Shown in pieces: positions 61,082 through 62,000 of a DNA stretch of 62,000 nucleotides. Every line of letters starts with the position of its first letter. Positions within the stretch are counted from its first letter, which is position 1. The DNA is from Wallemia ichthyophaga EXF-994 (taxonomy: Eukaryota > Fungi > Basidiomycota), in the NCBI RefSeq assembly GCF_000400465.1, contig NW_008806285.1:144001-206000 (forward strand). The letters are read 5' to 3'. Under the pieces are notes generated by a model. The model searched no databases, was not told the origin of the DNA, and saw only the letters and a list, made by a program, of their open reading frames with translations. The translations under genes were made by a program, and so were the position numbers.

Positions 61082-62000
61082 TCATTTAAGAAATTTCCTA
61101 AAATCGTCCTGTGTCTTCGGGTTTTTTGCAGTTGTGCTAGACGCAGTCAATTTGGGGTCGGGATTGTTTCCGCGATCGCCAATTTTTGATCTTCGGGTGT
61201 TTCTAGGAACAAACTGTCCGCCAGAAACCGCAGCGTCGGATTTTTCCGCTACATTTTTATTTTCCGACAAGCTCAGTGGTTTTTTGTGACTAGCTTCGTC
61301 GGATAAACTAAGTTGCTGTCCATTAATTGATGGTGCCTGCATCAGCATGACTTTCGACATTTCCTGTCGATCAGTCTTTAGATGTTGATTGAAATGCATT
61401 TACGCTAGCGCACCTTATCATTCTCAAATTCCACTACAGCAGCACCTTCATTACCATTCTCATTGTACCAGACCTTCTTCACTGGTGCAAACACCTCAAA
61501 TGTTTGCTGTATGAAGGATTCTTTGGTTCCGTCTGGTATGCCATCTACCCTGATTGATCTGCCAAAGCGTGGTTTAGCTGGTGCATTTGCTTGTCTAGTT
61601 CGTGTGAATTGAAGACTGATTCTGATTCTAATAAGTGCTTACCTAGGCTTCCTGTTTGACATTGTTACGCTTATGTGTTTGCCTTTGACTTCAACGTTGT
61701 TCATTCGCAGCGCATTTTGAGCTGATGACTGGCAAGAATCAGCACAAACTTTTTCACACAAATAAAGACTTACAGAATCTTCAAATTCAATGTGAGCAAA
61801 ACCTTTGCAGCTTCCGTCATCCCTCAATCCTAACTTTGCTTGCTTAATTGCGCCAAACTGTTGTGATATCAGCTATTTTCCCACCTAAGACTACAACTCA
61901 CAGGTTCAAAAAGTTGACGCAAATCTGCCTCTGTTATCTTTTTGCCTAGCTCTCTAACAAATATCTCCTGCCCATTTACGAAATCATCTGAACGTGACTT
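61082..62000 (-). CDS. PRP24: U4/U6 annealing factor Prp24/SART3, 3' part; 5' end outside the window
   Basis: RRMs (EIFVRELG, CKGFAHIEF, RSIRVDGIPDGTKESFIQQTFE) and terminal Lsm-interaction motif KTQDDFRKFLK*. Confidence 0.85.

Overview
Gene-dense, intron-containing fungal genomic DNA. Short GT-AG introns (about 40-55 nt) and basidiomycete-type protein N-termini suggest a compact-genome basidiomycete, possibly Wallemia-like (inference, not tested). I can support about 36 protein-coding genes, mostly single-copy housekeeping genes with no functional clustering: HMG-box protein, PNUTS-like, CBS/PB1 protein, MRPL38, OLE1, MET30, PEBP, HGH1, PSD2, an LDB/Mfg1-type coregulator, SKT5/CHS4, COQ7, OTU2, CTK1, FYV7, lipoate ligase, RPL26, VMA8, SmgGDS-like, NDUFAF3, ALG11, MSP1, RPS5, RPL17, NOT2, GLO3, SUI1, BRD8-like, IQG1, SEC14, NRG1-like and PRP24. 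There is also a U2 snRNA gene absent from the ORF track. No intact transposon, CRISPR array, rRNA, tRNA or biosynthetic cluster was seen. The most unusual signals are: (1) two diverged, stop-riddled copies of an unidentified ~0.9 kb formerly coding element in the two largest stretches lacking an intact gene; (2) extreme gene packing, with head-to-head ATGs 12, 23 and 42 bp apart and same-strand stop-to-start gaps of 27 bp, one spacer carrying an inverted repeat that creates reciprocal upstream AUGs; (3) an eIF1/SUI1 gene with a strong start context and an altered C-terminus. Exon boundaries were inferred by eye and are approximate. None of these is a demonstrated new system; they are testable leads.
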